A stretch of DNA of 64,000 nt, taken from positions 2,976,001 through 3,040,000 of the forward strand of contig CAWIPH010000002.1 in NCBI GenBank assembly GCA_963837955.1, given 5' to 3'. The DNA is from an uncultured Verrucomicrobiae bacterium. Its GTDB lineage: Bacteria; Verrucomicrobiota; Verrucomicrobiia; Chthoniobacterales; JAFAMB01. This document shows positions 22,501-30,978 of the stretch, one piece after another (position 1 is the first letter of the stretch; each line of letters begins with the position of its first letter). The notes under the pieces are model-generated. The model did not search any database and was not told the DNA's origin. It worked only from the letters and a program-made list of their open reading frames with translations. A program made the translations under genes and the position numbers.

Positions 22501-23545
22501 CCACCTGGTCGGAATCTGGGAGAAAATACTCGAATCATCTGCTATTGGTGTTACCGACAATTTCTTCCAACTTGGTGGACATTCGCTTCTCGCTGTTCGC
22601 ATTTTTTCCGAGATCGAGAGAACCCTCGCAAGGAAGCTCCCTCTGTCGACGCTGTTTAAGGCTCCAACGGTGGAAGCGCTGGCCGATGTCTTGCGCCGAC
22701 AAGAGCGGGAGAAAGAGTGCTCCGCGCTGGTGGCCATCCAACCGCTCGGTGCGCGGCCGCCTTTTTTCAACGTGCACGACGGCTACGGTTCGGCGATCTA
22801 TTACGGCCTCCTGGCCGGTTGCCTTGGATCCGAACAGCCGTTCTATGGTTTCTTGGCCCGGAACAAAGACGGAGGCGTTCTCCGACAGACCTCAATCGAA
22901 ACAATTGCCAAGTACTACATCGACGAGATACTTCAGGTGCAGCCGGTCGGCCCATATTACCTGGGTGGGTTCTGTCTGGGCGGTGTGATCGCTTTCGAGA
23001 TGGCTCAGCAACTCTATGCCGTCGGGGAAGAAGTCGCTTTGTTGGCGTTGTTTGACACCAACAATCCGGCAACGCCGCGACGCCGACACACATTGGTGGA
23101 GCGGTTGCGTCGCCATGCTGTCCTCACGAAGAACACCTCCCTCCGCCAAAAAATGGGCACGACGGCCAGCCGGGTCAAGCGCCACGCAAATAAGTGGCGG
23201 GAGCGCATCCTCAATCGTGCTTCCAGTGAAAGGCCGGCGCCAAATGAGATTTTCGGACGCGAAATCGAAGCGATCCTCAATCGTGCGCAACAGGCCTACA
23301 CGCCTCAGTGCTATCCCGGGAAGCTCACCCTCATCCTACCGGAGAACGACCTCGAAGGATACGAGCTTCGGCCGGATCGAGGCTGGACCGAACTCGCGGA
23401 GGGTGGGATTGAAATTCACTATATACCCGGCGGCCATGGCTCAATGTTCAAGCAGCCGAGTGTCGGGTATTTAGCCGACGTAGTCCAAACATGCCTTAGG
23501 GCGGCGTCGGAGCAGAGCATGGTCCCGCAGCGCGCCGCCAGATGA
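19523..23545 (+). CDS. NRPS termination module C-A-PCP-TE
   Basis: C: SFAQESLW, RHEVLRT, HHIVTDDW. A cores present. PCP GGHSL; TE GFCLG. Confidence 0.95.
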   Translation: MRETPVMPDVAQLEPTEDSFVLPTSFAQESLWFIDQLIPGNSLYNIPTAARVLGELDVAVLERSFAEIVRRHEVLRTTLRAIDGLPMQVIAPAGNVMLEFADLSALEPNQRALEEQRLITLEGAEPFDLARGPLMRAKLVRAAKNEHVLITTRHHIVTDDWSEVLFMQELVTSYQAYVDGREPVLPELTIQYADFAQWQREHLQGEVRESHIAYWRKNLADVPDLQLPTDRRRPLAPSYAAGTESIELRTHLATSLKALAKQEGVTLFTVLLAAFKVLLSRYSGQEDVTVGSPFAHRNRTETENLLGYFINPTALRTKLDGDPTFRETVRRVRDTALGAHQHQDVPFEMLVKELATERNPGRNPLFQTMFVMVNARPKTYSSRDLTIVPIELEEQTARFDLTLYLFSSAEEIRGSLIYSVDLFDPATIRRMAKHFCALVSGIVANPDARISELPLLTQEEREQILVEWNRTQTEFPSGASIDQLFEEQAGKTPNAIAIESGDTQWSYEDLNQRANQLAQILRQTGIGAETFVGLFLDRSPELFAGMLAILKVGGAYVPIDPGYPAERRTVMLEQVTIVITAKRYSSSVSAGSARVIYIEDIAVTSASISAPPIETPSPPSQGNSIAYVIYTSGSTGKPKGVMVPHRGVVRLFRGSNFLSIRASDVIAQTLNPCFDASVQEIWGALLHGARLVILDNEVLLSPPRFKQALQDYNITAWMTTTALFNLMANEVPEAFAKLNYVVFGGEAADPQSVSRVLRCGAPAHLFNAYGPTEASVVTTCLDIKHLEEDAISVSIGRPISNTTIYLLDRFKAPVPIGVVGELYIGGPGVARGYVKAPELTAERFVADPFSNESGVRLYRTGDLARWLPDGTIEFIGRTDHQVKIRGFRIELGEIEAVLNQHPAVKHAAVQLRERNGEKRLLAYAAGDLSQLNEESLRDFLKQKLPDYMVPSAIVTLEKLPVDSNGKIDRRNLPEPLRADQGRVAVAPRDALEAHLVGIWEKILESSAIGVTDNFFQLGGHSLLAVRIFSEIERTLARKLPLSTLFKAPTVEALADVLRRQEREKECSALVAIQPLGARPPFFNVHDGYGSAIYYGLLAGCLGSEQPFYGFLARNKDGGVLRQTSIETIAKYYIDEILQVQPVGPYYLGGFCLGGVIAFEMAQQLYAVGEEVALLALFDTNNPATPRRRHTLVERLRRHAVLTKNTSLRQKMGTTASRVKRHANKWRERILNRASSERPAPNEIFGREIEAILNRAQQAYTPQCYPGKLTLILPENDLEGYELRPDRGWTELAEGGIEIHYIPGGHGSMFKQPSVGYLADVVQTCLRAASEQSMVPQRAAR

Positions 23546-24489
23546 AAGTTACCATTGGCGTTCCAGTTCGAAACTGCCAGGCCTGGATTCGAGAATCCAT
23601 CCAATCTGCTCTGAGCCAGACCTGGCCAGAGAAAGAGATCCTGGTTGTCGACGACGGTTCCACCGACGATACGCCACGGCTCTGTCAGAATTTTGGCCAC
23701 CAAATTCGTTATTTCTCCCAAGGGAAATTGGGAGTCAGCGCTGCGCGGAATCGCATTTTGCGCGAAGCAAGAGGGGATTGGATTCAATACCTCGACGCGG
23801 ACGATTACCTCCTGCCAGGAAAACTGGAAGCGCAATTAGGCTCGACAGACAGTCTCACCGAGGTCGACGTGATTTTCGGTTCGTTTCTGATCGAGACTTT
23901 GCAGGATGGCAACGCGGTTATCCGCCGTTCCTACGCTATTAGCAAATCAAGCAATCTACTGGAACTCTGGATGGTTCAAAAACTTCCCCAGATCGCCGGG
24001 TGCCTTTGGAAGAAGACCGCACTTCTACGGATCGGCGGATGGGACGAGTCCCTCCAGACCGGCGAAGACTATGAACTCTATCTCCGAGTTCTCCAGGCCA
24101 ACCTGCGGCTTCATATTGTTGAGAATCCCTTGGCGGTGTGGCGCTGGTGGTCTGTCGGAACATTGGGCCGAGAATACCGCAATCAAATGTGCCTGGTTTA
24201 CGTCGATTTAATGAAACGATGTGAGACTTGGTTGAAGTCACAAGGTCGCTGGACCGATACCTTGCAGGATCTGGCCGAACGAAAGCGTTTTTTTTTCGCT
24301 CGGGAGATTGCGAAAACTGATATCGAACTGGCCGCCCACTACTACCAAGAGCAGAAGGCGATAGGTTCGATCGGAATCGACCGCTCGATTGCTCCTTGGA
24401 AGTATGAAATCATGTTGCGGTTCTTAGGATTCAAGCGCGCCGAGCAAATCGCTCGGATGCTGCGTCCCGCCGAAGTGAACCCGACCTGA
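23542..24489 (+). CDS. Glycosyltransferase family 2
   Basis: VDDGSTD, ARN, LDADD and GEDYE. ATGA overlap with the NRPS stop; paralog of 37849-38772. Confidence 0.92.
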   Translation: MKVTIGVPVRNCQAWIRESIQSALSQTWPEKEILVVDDGSTDDTPRLCQNFGHQIRYFSQGKLGVSAARNRILREARGDWIQYLDADDYLLPGKLEAQLGSTDSLTEVDVIFGSFLIETLQDGNAVIRRSYAISKSSNLLELWMVQKLPQIAGCLWKKTALLRIGGWDESLQTGEDYELYLRVLQANLRLHIVENPLAVWRWWSVGTLGREYRNQMCLVYVDLMKRCETWLKSQGRWTDTLQDLAERKRFFFAREIAKTDIELAAHYYQEQKAIGSIGIDRSIAPWKYEIMLRFLGFKRAEQIARMLRPAEVNPT

Positions 24490-24624
24490 CTCCTATCAGC
24501 TACGCTCCCCCTTCGCGATGGCCGGCAAGAGTCAGCTCGCCGGCAGAAGCCTCAGCGGCCACAAAAATCTTCGCATTAAAGAGAAGGCCCTGGAAATGCG
24601 CTTGCTTAGGATCAAGTTACTCGC

Positions 24625-24945
24625 GTGCGATCGAGTTTCCGGCGCGCCTGGACCGGCTACCGCCGCTTGCGTTTCTTTGCTATCGGGCTTTTTGCGGCCT
24701 TTATGCTGGAGCTGCGTTATCTGCAGTTTCTTCCTGGGCTTGTGTTTGCATTGACTTTTGTGGCCTACTATTTTTCTGCAACGTGCTTAGCCAACTGGAA
24801 GTGTCCGCGGTGTCGCCAGCCCTTTTTCCGTGGTTCTTTCGTTCGCAGCTTTTTTGGCGGCAAATGTTTCCATTGCGACCTTCCAAAATGGAGTGATACG
24901 GAAACGGGTAAAGCGCCGATACCGCGAAAACTCCGGTTGCCCTGA
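24625..24945 (+). CDS. Small hypothetical membrane protein with C-terminal CxxC..CxxC zinc-ribbon
   Basis: Two hydrophobic segments followed by CPRC...CFHC; GTG start. Confidence 0.55.
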   Translation: MRSSFRRAWTGYRRLRFFAIGLFAAFMLELRYLQFLPGLVFALTFVAYYFSATCLANWKCPRCRQPFFRGSFVRSFFGGKCFHCDLPKWSDTETGKAPIPRKLRLP

Positions 24946-24987
24946 TCCGGTACGCTACCGTCTTGCCATGGGCGGGCGAAATCGGCT

Positions 24988-27051
24988 TCAGGCCGGCAGA
25001 GCTGGCGCCCGCCCACCGTAGCCCCGAAACGGGCGGTTTTCTAGTAAGTTGTAATCCGCGTAGAAACGGCGACCACTCAGATGTTTTGGTACGGCATTGA
25101 CTACCAAGCCCGAGACGCGAATTTCCCGAAACTTCAGTTCCTCTAGCGCCATGGTTGCATCATTTGGGCGGCTGAGGCCGAGTCGAACAACAAATAACGT
25201 AGCGTCGGCGTACGCGGCCAGGGCTACGCCGTCGGTCGTCGCGAGTACCGGCGGAGTATCGATTAGAATATAATCAAACTGCGCATTAAGCTCTTGGCGT
25301 AATTCAGCTAAATCAAAGCTAAGCAAATGCTCAGTGATGTTCTGAATCCGCTGGCCGCATGGCATCAAATAGAGATGCGGCATTCGAGTCTCGCACAGGG
25401 TCTCCTGCAAGCCTTTCTGTCGCGTTAGGAGATCCGAAAGACCGGCCCCGTTTTCGACGCTAAGCAACTGATGGAGCCGGCCTCTCCGCATGTCGCCATC
25501 GATGAGTAGGGTACGCGCATTTGTGGCCGCTAAGGCTATCGCCAAATTTGTTGCCACCAAAGATTTACCTTCCCGCGGAACGGCGCTGGTCACGGCCACG
25601 CACTGCATAGCTAAGAATTCTTGCGGTCGCCGAAGAACGCTGGAGCGCAGATGACGAAACGATTCCGCAATTCCGACGTGCTCGGGCGTACAATCAAGCA
25701 CAGTCTTCTGTTTGGTGATCCATGGATCGCGTAAGATCTTACCCACGATGGGGAGATGCAAAGCACGAAGGACTCCCTCAATCGTCATGAAGCGCGGTAC
25801 TAACCGGGAATACAAAGCGATTCCAGCCAGAGCCAGGACAAGCCCAAGAGCTCCAAACTGCACGTAACTTAGAAACCGCGACTTTATCACCTCAGTCCCA
25901 TCCGAGGCGCTCTCCAAAATTGCGATCGGCTCTTGTTCCAGTTGTTTGCCGACATCGATACTCTGAAGCTGACTCACCAGTTTGTTAGAGGTCTCCCGGC
26001 TGCTATCTACCTTCGATTTCAGATTCTGGTATTTGTTCAGATTGTCGTTCAGATCGATTAGGTGAGCCTGTTTCTGTTGAACTTCTTTTTCCAGGCCTTC
26101 CGTTTCGCGATCGATGGCACTGATTTGATCGCTTCGGTGATCTTTCTGTTGTGAACGAAGAACCGTGAGTAGGTTTTTGTCTCCGGCTATCTTTAGGTCC
26201 AGTTGCTTGATCTTCGGATGTTCCGGTTTCAAGTTCTTGAGGAGGCGTTCGCGCTCAGATTCTTGCAACGCCAAGTCTTGTTGGGTCGTTAGCACCCGAT
26301 CTTGGGCTCCGTCAACTTGGGTACTTCCGCTGGAAATAGAACCATCCAAGGGAATCGCGGCGGCCGCGGCCGACGCGTCGACCCCACTACCGGTGACAGC
26401 TACCGACCTCTCGAGTCGCAGATCCGCGATTCGCTTATGCAGTGTGTTCAGGTACGCGGTGGTTGCCGTGACATCTTCGGTTAGAGAAATGACGCTGAAT
26501 TGGCGTTGGAATTCGTTCAGGCTTTGCGTTCCCCGATCCAGTTCCTGCTGCACGCTCACGATCTCTTGGGCCGCCGCCGAGGAAGCAGCCTCCGTGCGTT
26601 GGAGGCGCATGTCGCGACGGACGGCAAAGAAAGCTTGCATGCTCGCTTCCAGCAGCGCTTGCGTATAAACGGGATCAGTGCCGGTTGCGCTCAACACGAA
26701 GATGGCCGTTCGCGGTATGAAGCTGACCCGAAGGTCGACCCTGGATTTCGGTGGTATAAGCCCGCGATCAGCTACAATTTTTCGAGCGCGCACTGCCACC
26801 GCATCGCCCTGAATGATGGCCGCCTGCGTTCCCAGAAAGTCCTCTCCGTTCTCCGTGTAAACGGCCCCTGTATCCAAATTGATCTTCCCAGCAATCACCA
26901 TTTTCGCCTCGCTGACATACAGTGGCGCTTCGTGCGACCTTAACCATCCTGCGGCTAACAGTCCCCCGAAAATCAAGATGACTGGAAACCACCATAAGCG
27001 CCGAACCTCGGCGTAAAACGTTCCAAAATCGAAGGAATTCATAACTTGCAC
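24988..27051 (-). CDS. wzc: Polysaccharide co-polymerase / BY-kinase (Wzc/GumC-like)
   Basis: Two TM helices flank a coiled-coil periplasmic region; AESFRHLRS, Walker A PREGKS, A' IDGDMRR and Walker B IDTPP. Confidence 0.9.
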   Translation of the reverse strand: MQVMNSFDFGTFYAEVRRLWWFPVILIFGGLLAAGWLRSHEAPLYVSEAKMVIAGKINLDTGAVYTENGEDFLGTQAAIIQGDAVAVRARKIVADRGLIPPKSRVDLRVSFIPRTAIFVLSATGTDPVYTQALLEASMQAFFAVRRDMRLQRTEAASSAAAQEIVSVQQELDRGTQSLNEFQRQFSVISLTEDVTATTAYLNTLHKRIADLRLERSVAVTGSGVDASAAAAAIPLDGSISSGSTQVDGAQDRVLTTQQDLALQESERERLLKNLKPEHPKIKQLDLKIAGDKNLLTVLRSQQKDHRSDQISAIDRETEGLEKEVQQKQAHLIDLNDNLNKYQNLKSKVDSSRETSNKLVSQLQSIDVGKQLEQEPIAILESASDGTEVIKSRFLSYVQFGALGLVLALAGIALYSRLVPRFMTIEGVLRALHLPIVGKILRDPWITKQKTVLDCTPEHVGIAESFRHLRSSVLRRPQEFLAMQCVAVTSAVPREGKSLVATNLAIALAATNARTLLIDGDMRRGRLHQLLSVENGAGLSDLLTRQKGLQETLCETRMPHLYLMPCGQRIQNITEHLLSFDLAELRQELNAQFDYILIDTPPVLATTDGVALAAYADATLFVVRLGLSRPNDATMALEELKFREIRVSGLVVNAVPKHLSGRRFYADYNLLENRPFRGYGGRAPALPA

Positions 27052-27683
27052 TACCAGTTGAAAAATCTTGCCGGCACCACGATCACGTCGCCCGGTTTGA
27101 GCGCGACATCTAGGTCGGCTCTTCCTTGGGTCACGATCGCTGCAACATCGATCACCTTGATCTCAGTTTTGGGGGCAGACGCGCGTACCAGTTTTACTTT
27201 CCGCTTATTCGCGAAATCCGAAAATCCGCCTGACTCCAGAATTGCCTGGGCCAGGGTCAAAGACTCATTCGCTCGCAACTCGAGCGGCCCAGGTCGAGCG
27301 ATCTCACCGGTCAAGTAGATCCGTCCGGGTGAACGAACAGTCCGTCTCTCCACGGAAATCATTACCGTCGCCTTCTTGTATAGATTGCTCTCCAGCGCCC
27401 GCTTAATCTGATAGGCCAGGTCACGCGGAGTTCGGTTCATAGCCATCACACTGCCGACGTAAGGGACTTGTACCTGACCAGAATCGCTAACGGTCAACAA
27501 AGTCGCCGGATCCTCATCCTCCAAAATGCGGAACGTGAGTTGATCTCCAATTTGAATAGAGGTCTGATTGTCTAGCTGATCGATCGAAGTAAGCGGCCCG
27601 CTCGTCGTTTGGCCCTCGCCGAGCAGCGGAATTGAGGAAATCAACGTCAGGAGAAATAAAGTTAATGATCGGTTAAAACGCAT
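27051..27683 (-). CDS. wza: Polysaccharide biosynthesis/export protein (Wza/OPX-like, short form)
   Basis: Signal peptide MRFNRSLTLFLL; IGDQL, VSDSGQVQVPYVG, GEIARPG, TLAQAILESGG and LKPGDVIVVP. The start was moved to the ATG at 27683. Confidence 0.88.
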   Translation of the reverse strand: MRFNRSLTLFLLTLISSIPLLGEGQTTSGPLTSIDQLDNQTSIQIGDQLTFRILEDEDPATLLTVSDSGQVQVPYVGSVMAMNRTPRDLAYQIKRALESNLYKKATVMISVERRTVRSPGRIYLTGEIARPGPLELRANESLTLAQAILESGGFSDFANKRKVKLVRASAPKTEIKVIDVAAIVTQGRADLDVALKPGDVIVVPARFFNW

Positions 27684-28986
27684 AAAATACTCCAAGAGAT
27701 ATTTCGTTTTGGGAGTAGCTGCCTCCCCCGCCGGTCGTTGAGCCGGCGCCTTCTCGCCCAACGTACCTGTAGGATAAAGTGGCGTAGACACGTTTATATA
27801 TCGGAACGTCAGCGCTGATCTGCCCGCCATATTGGGTGAAATTGCCGGGAGTCATACCAGAGACCACATGGCCCACATTCAGAAACAAGGTCCCCGCAAC
27901 TCTAGCGCTGCGACTGAGCCTGTATTCAACGCCACCGATTACGCTAGTGACTTCGTCCAGTTCCAATCCGCTAGAGTATTGCAAATCGTGGGAGACACTG
28001 GCGATTAACTGCACGTCACGGTTTATTTGATGTCTTAGGAGAGCGGCCAGGTAATAACCCGGTGAAGGCAGGTTCCCGCTTTCGGGGAGGGTCAGCCCGG
28101 CAGAGAGATCCAATTCGATGAGCCGGGTTAGGTGACCCCGGAGGAACGGACCGAAGCTGATGGTATTCACATCCGACAAAATAGCTCCCCAACTGTGATT
28201 CAGAAAAACGTCCGCGCCGTATTGAATGCTTGGGTTCCAAAAAAAGGTCGCAGCCCCGGAAAGGCGGAACGTATTCCGGGTCTGACTTACTCCCGTGTTA
28301 GACGACGATCCCGTGTTAGACGACGATCCCGCGTTAGACGACGAAAGAGCTTCGCTATAAGTATAGTCAGCGCCACCGGAAAGTTCGGCCGAAAATACTG
28401 GAACGCTGCAAATAACGCCGACCGTATTGGTAAGCCGGTTTAAGTTGGTCTGATTCGTTACCGTCGGATCAGACGCCGAGTCCTGGGCGATCGAAAATTG
28501 TTCGAATGCCTGGACTTTAACGTCGCCAATCAGCGCTTGGAGACGAAGCTCGGTACCCGGCGAGATTTCGACTTCTACATTGGTGCGGCCATTAGAATAG
28601 AAGTCCTCGTCGAGTTTTATCCCACCTTGTAAATCGACCCGGTTCAACGGAGTGATCAGCCACGCCAGCGATAAGCCTAGTGATTCAAAAATCTGGTTTC
28701 GGGTCAGTTTGGTCGCTGTCGGAAGACTGCCGGAAATGTTAGCATCATCGTTGTAGTCGTATCCGACGCCCAACGTGGCCAGTCCATGAAAAGGGCCAAA
28801 ATTTATCAGGTTGGTTTCGCTGGGCGGTCGAAACGTCCGCAATCCGGAAAGTTCAACCGTCCGAATCGATTCCTGGGCTGACACTACCAAAGTTGTCGTC
28901 ATGACCAGTGTGAGAGCGAAAACGATTCGTTGTGTGGCCAGATAACGCCCATGGGAAAATAGAATGGCTTGCAGACGAGTAGGCAT
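27673..28986 (-). CDS. Putative outer-membrane beta-barrel associated with polysaccharide export
   Basis: Signal peptide, alternating amphipathic strands, GYDYNDD near the N-terminus, terminal aromatic motif LGVFYAF; located between the priming GT and wza. Confidence 0.7.
   Translation of the reverse strand: MPTRLQAILFSHGRYLATQRIVFALTLVMTTTLVVSAQESIRTVELSGLRTFRPPSETNLINFGPFHGLATLGVGYDYNDDANISGSLPTATKLTRNQIFESLGLSLAWLITPLNRVDLQGGIKLDEDFYSNGRTNVEVEISPGTELRLQALIGDVKVQAFEQFSIAQDSASDPTVTNQTNLNRLTNTVGVICSVPVFSAELSGGADYTYSEALSSSNAGSSSNTGSSSNTGVSQTRNTFRLSGAATFFWNPSIQYGADVFLNHSWGAILSDVNTISFGPFLRGHLTRLIELDLSAGLTLPESGNLPSPGYYLAALLRHQINRDVQLIASVSHDLQYSSGLELDEVTSVIGGVEYRLSRSARVAGTLFLNVGHVVSGMTPGNFTQYGGQISADVPIYKRVYATLSYRYVGREGAGSTTGGGGSYSQNEISLGVFYAF
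28291..28344. repeat. In-frame 18-bp tandem repeat x3 (TCCCGYGTTAGACGACGA) encoding SSSN[AT]G
   Basis: Three copies read directly from the sequence; one mismatch in the third copy. Confidence 0.95.
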
Positions 28987-29072
28987 GGAACGGCATCTAA
29001 ACTGTATTCGATCTTATACAGACAGCTCCGCGACTCCTTCGTCCGAACCAACGCTCCAGGTTGACACTTCAC

Positions 29073-30563
29073 TTACTGTCCTTTGCCCGAAGCCATGATC
29101 TGCAGAGTCTTCAAAGCAATCGCAAGATCTAGAGTTACCGAATAGTGCCGTATATAGTAAAGGTCGAATTTCAGCTTTTCCAAGGCGTCACTCTCACTCG
29201 CGCCATAGGAATAGTTGACTTGCGCCCAACCGGTAATGCCCGGTCTGACTAGGTGGCGATAATGATAGAAAGGAATTTGCGATTCGTAGCTCGCGACACA
29301 TTTTACCCACTCCGCTCGAGGTCCGATCACGCTCATGTCACCCCGTAGAACATTGATCAACTGTGGCAACTCATCCACCCTGGTCATGCGCAGTAATCGA
29401 CCAACCCGAGTAATTCTGGCATCCCGACGCGCAGTATAAAGTTCCCCGGAGTCTGATCCGACTCGCATCGTCCGAAATTTCAACAACGTAAAAACTCGCC
29501 CGTCGCGCCCAAACCGGTCCTGTTTAAAAATAGCCGGTCCGGAGCTATCGAGGCGAATCAGAATCGACACGAATAACATCAACGGAGCGAGCAATACGAA
29601 GGCGATGCCCGAAAAGACCAGATCAAGAGCGCGCTTCACCTGGTCATAAATTGAGTCTCGGGCCAGTAACGACTCTTGGGCGAATGCCCACCAACCCCCG
29701 ATATGTTCGACTGGGACTTGACGCCATTGTTTCTCGTAAAAGGACTCGAAGGTATAAACGGGAATTCGGCGGAAATGCACGTAGCTCAGGAGTTGTGCGA
29801 TTTTGGGATCGAGTTGCCAGGGCGGGAGACCAACAATCAGGCCGTCAGTATGCAAATCTAATTCTTCCAGCGCTTGATTTAAGTCGCCGGCAAACTCCAA
29901 GCCTGATTCCGTCGAAACGCCACGGCCCACATCGGCAGGATCTAGCGCATAAACTCGCAATTCTTGAGGAGTGTCGCTTTCAGCGTAACGCTTCGCAAAA
30001 AATGACGCCGTCGCAGCATCCGCGACTAGTACGTACTTCCGGCCAGAATTGTGGATACGAAGAGATTTGGATACCCAGCGACGAACCAGCAAACTGTACC
30101 CAGCATAGACAGCGAAGGCGCAGGCAAAAACGAGCCGGCTCGGTTTGACTAGATCGAATGCAAATATTCCGTACAGCAAGAAGGCGGATAGAACGAAAGC
30201 GGCAGCCAATGCTAATGTGTGATCCACCGCGTAGTTAACACTCAGCATCCTAATCCGACGATCGTAAGCACCAACGGTGTGAAGCACCACGATGGTCGCA
30301 CAGGCAGGGATGACCAGCGTGTGCCATTGCAGTTCGCCTGGTGAATGAAAGAATGTCAGACGAACCTGCGACAGCAGAAAATATACAATTGGCCAGAATA
30401 GAAGATCGTTCAGGAACAGCGTCGCAGCTGGAACCCAACTGACGTCCCATCGAAGCGAAAACTTCTGCGCAGCTTGGAGCTGCGGCAAACCGCGAAGCAA
30501 TAAAGGATGAACATCCGTGCGCAAACCGATTTCCGACAACTTAAATCCCTGCATACGCAACAC
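29073..30563 (-). CDS. Priming undecaprenyl-phosphate sugar phosphotransferase (WcaJ/WbaP family)
   Basis: KRALD, KFRTM, ITRVGRLLR, DELPQLINVLRGDMSVIGPR, RPGITGWAQV and DLYYI; N-terminal TM helices. Confidence 0.93.
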   Translation of the reverse strand: MLRMQGFKLSEIGLRTDVHPLLLRGLPQLQAAQKFSLRWDVSWVPAATLFLNDLLFWPIVYFLLSQVRLTFFHSPGELQWHTLVIPACATIVVLHTVGAYDRRIRMLSVNYAVDHTLALAAAFVLSAFLLYGIFAFDLVKPSRLVFACAFAVYAGYSLLVRRWVSKSLRIHNSGRKYVLVADAATASFFAKRYAESDTPQELRVYALDPADVGRGVSTESGLEFAGDLNQALEELDLHTDGLIVGLPPWQLDPKIAQLLSYVHFRRIPVYTFESFYEKQWRQVPVEHIGGWWAFAQESLLARDSIYDQVKRALDLVFSGIAFVLLAPLMLFVSILIRLDSSGPAIFKQDRFGRDGRVFTLLKFRTMRVGSDSGELYTARRDARITRVGRLLRMTRVDELPQLINVLRGDMSVIGPRAEWVKCVASYESQIPFYHYRHLVRPGITGWAQVNYSYGASESDALEKLKFDLYYIRHYSVTLDLAIALKTLQIMASGKGQ

Positions 30564-30978
30564 GAAGAACCATTATTTGAGGAGTCGGATCTTATCGTGT
30601 GCACTTAAGCGAATGCGACGTAATACCGGCGATCGGTGTCTGACTAGCGAGATAGTCAAGAAAAGCTATAATGAGCTCTCCTAGCCATAAATTAAACGCG
30701 TCTACCCGGAACCGAATGATCCCGGACAGAAAAAGCTAACGAGCTCTCGACCTCGACTAAACCGCGGGGAGTCGGGCCGTATATCCTGATTCTAAGTTAT
30801 TTACAAGTCTTTTTTGCGATGCAGTTATGAGAATTTTAGATCCAAGGCGCGAGTTTGAGACCTTTCTTGGACAATTATTCTCTGAATTGCGCAATTCTTC
30901 CGAGTATCGCCTATTCCGACTACGCGATTTAACTTTCCAGCGTCGCCGCCTTGCCCTTCGGAGTTAGGCAGGAATTTC

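Noticed and set aside
28291..28344. Tandem repeat as a CRISPR array
   Set aside because: There are no spacers, the 18-bp units are in frame inside a CDS, and no cas genes are present.
30564..30978. JUMPstart/ops element or riboswitch ahead of the polysaccharide genes
   Set aside because: No GGCGGTAG core or recognisable riboswitch consensus is visible by eye; an Rfam search would be needed.
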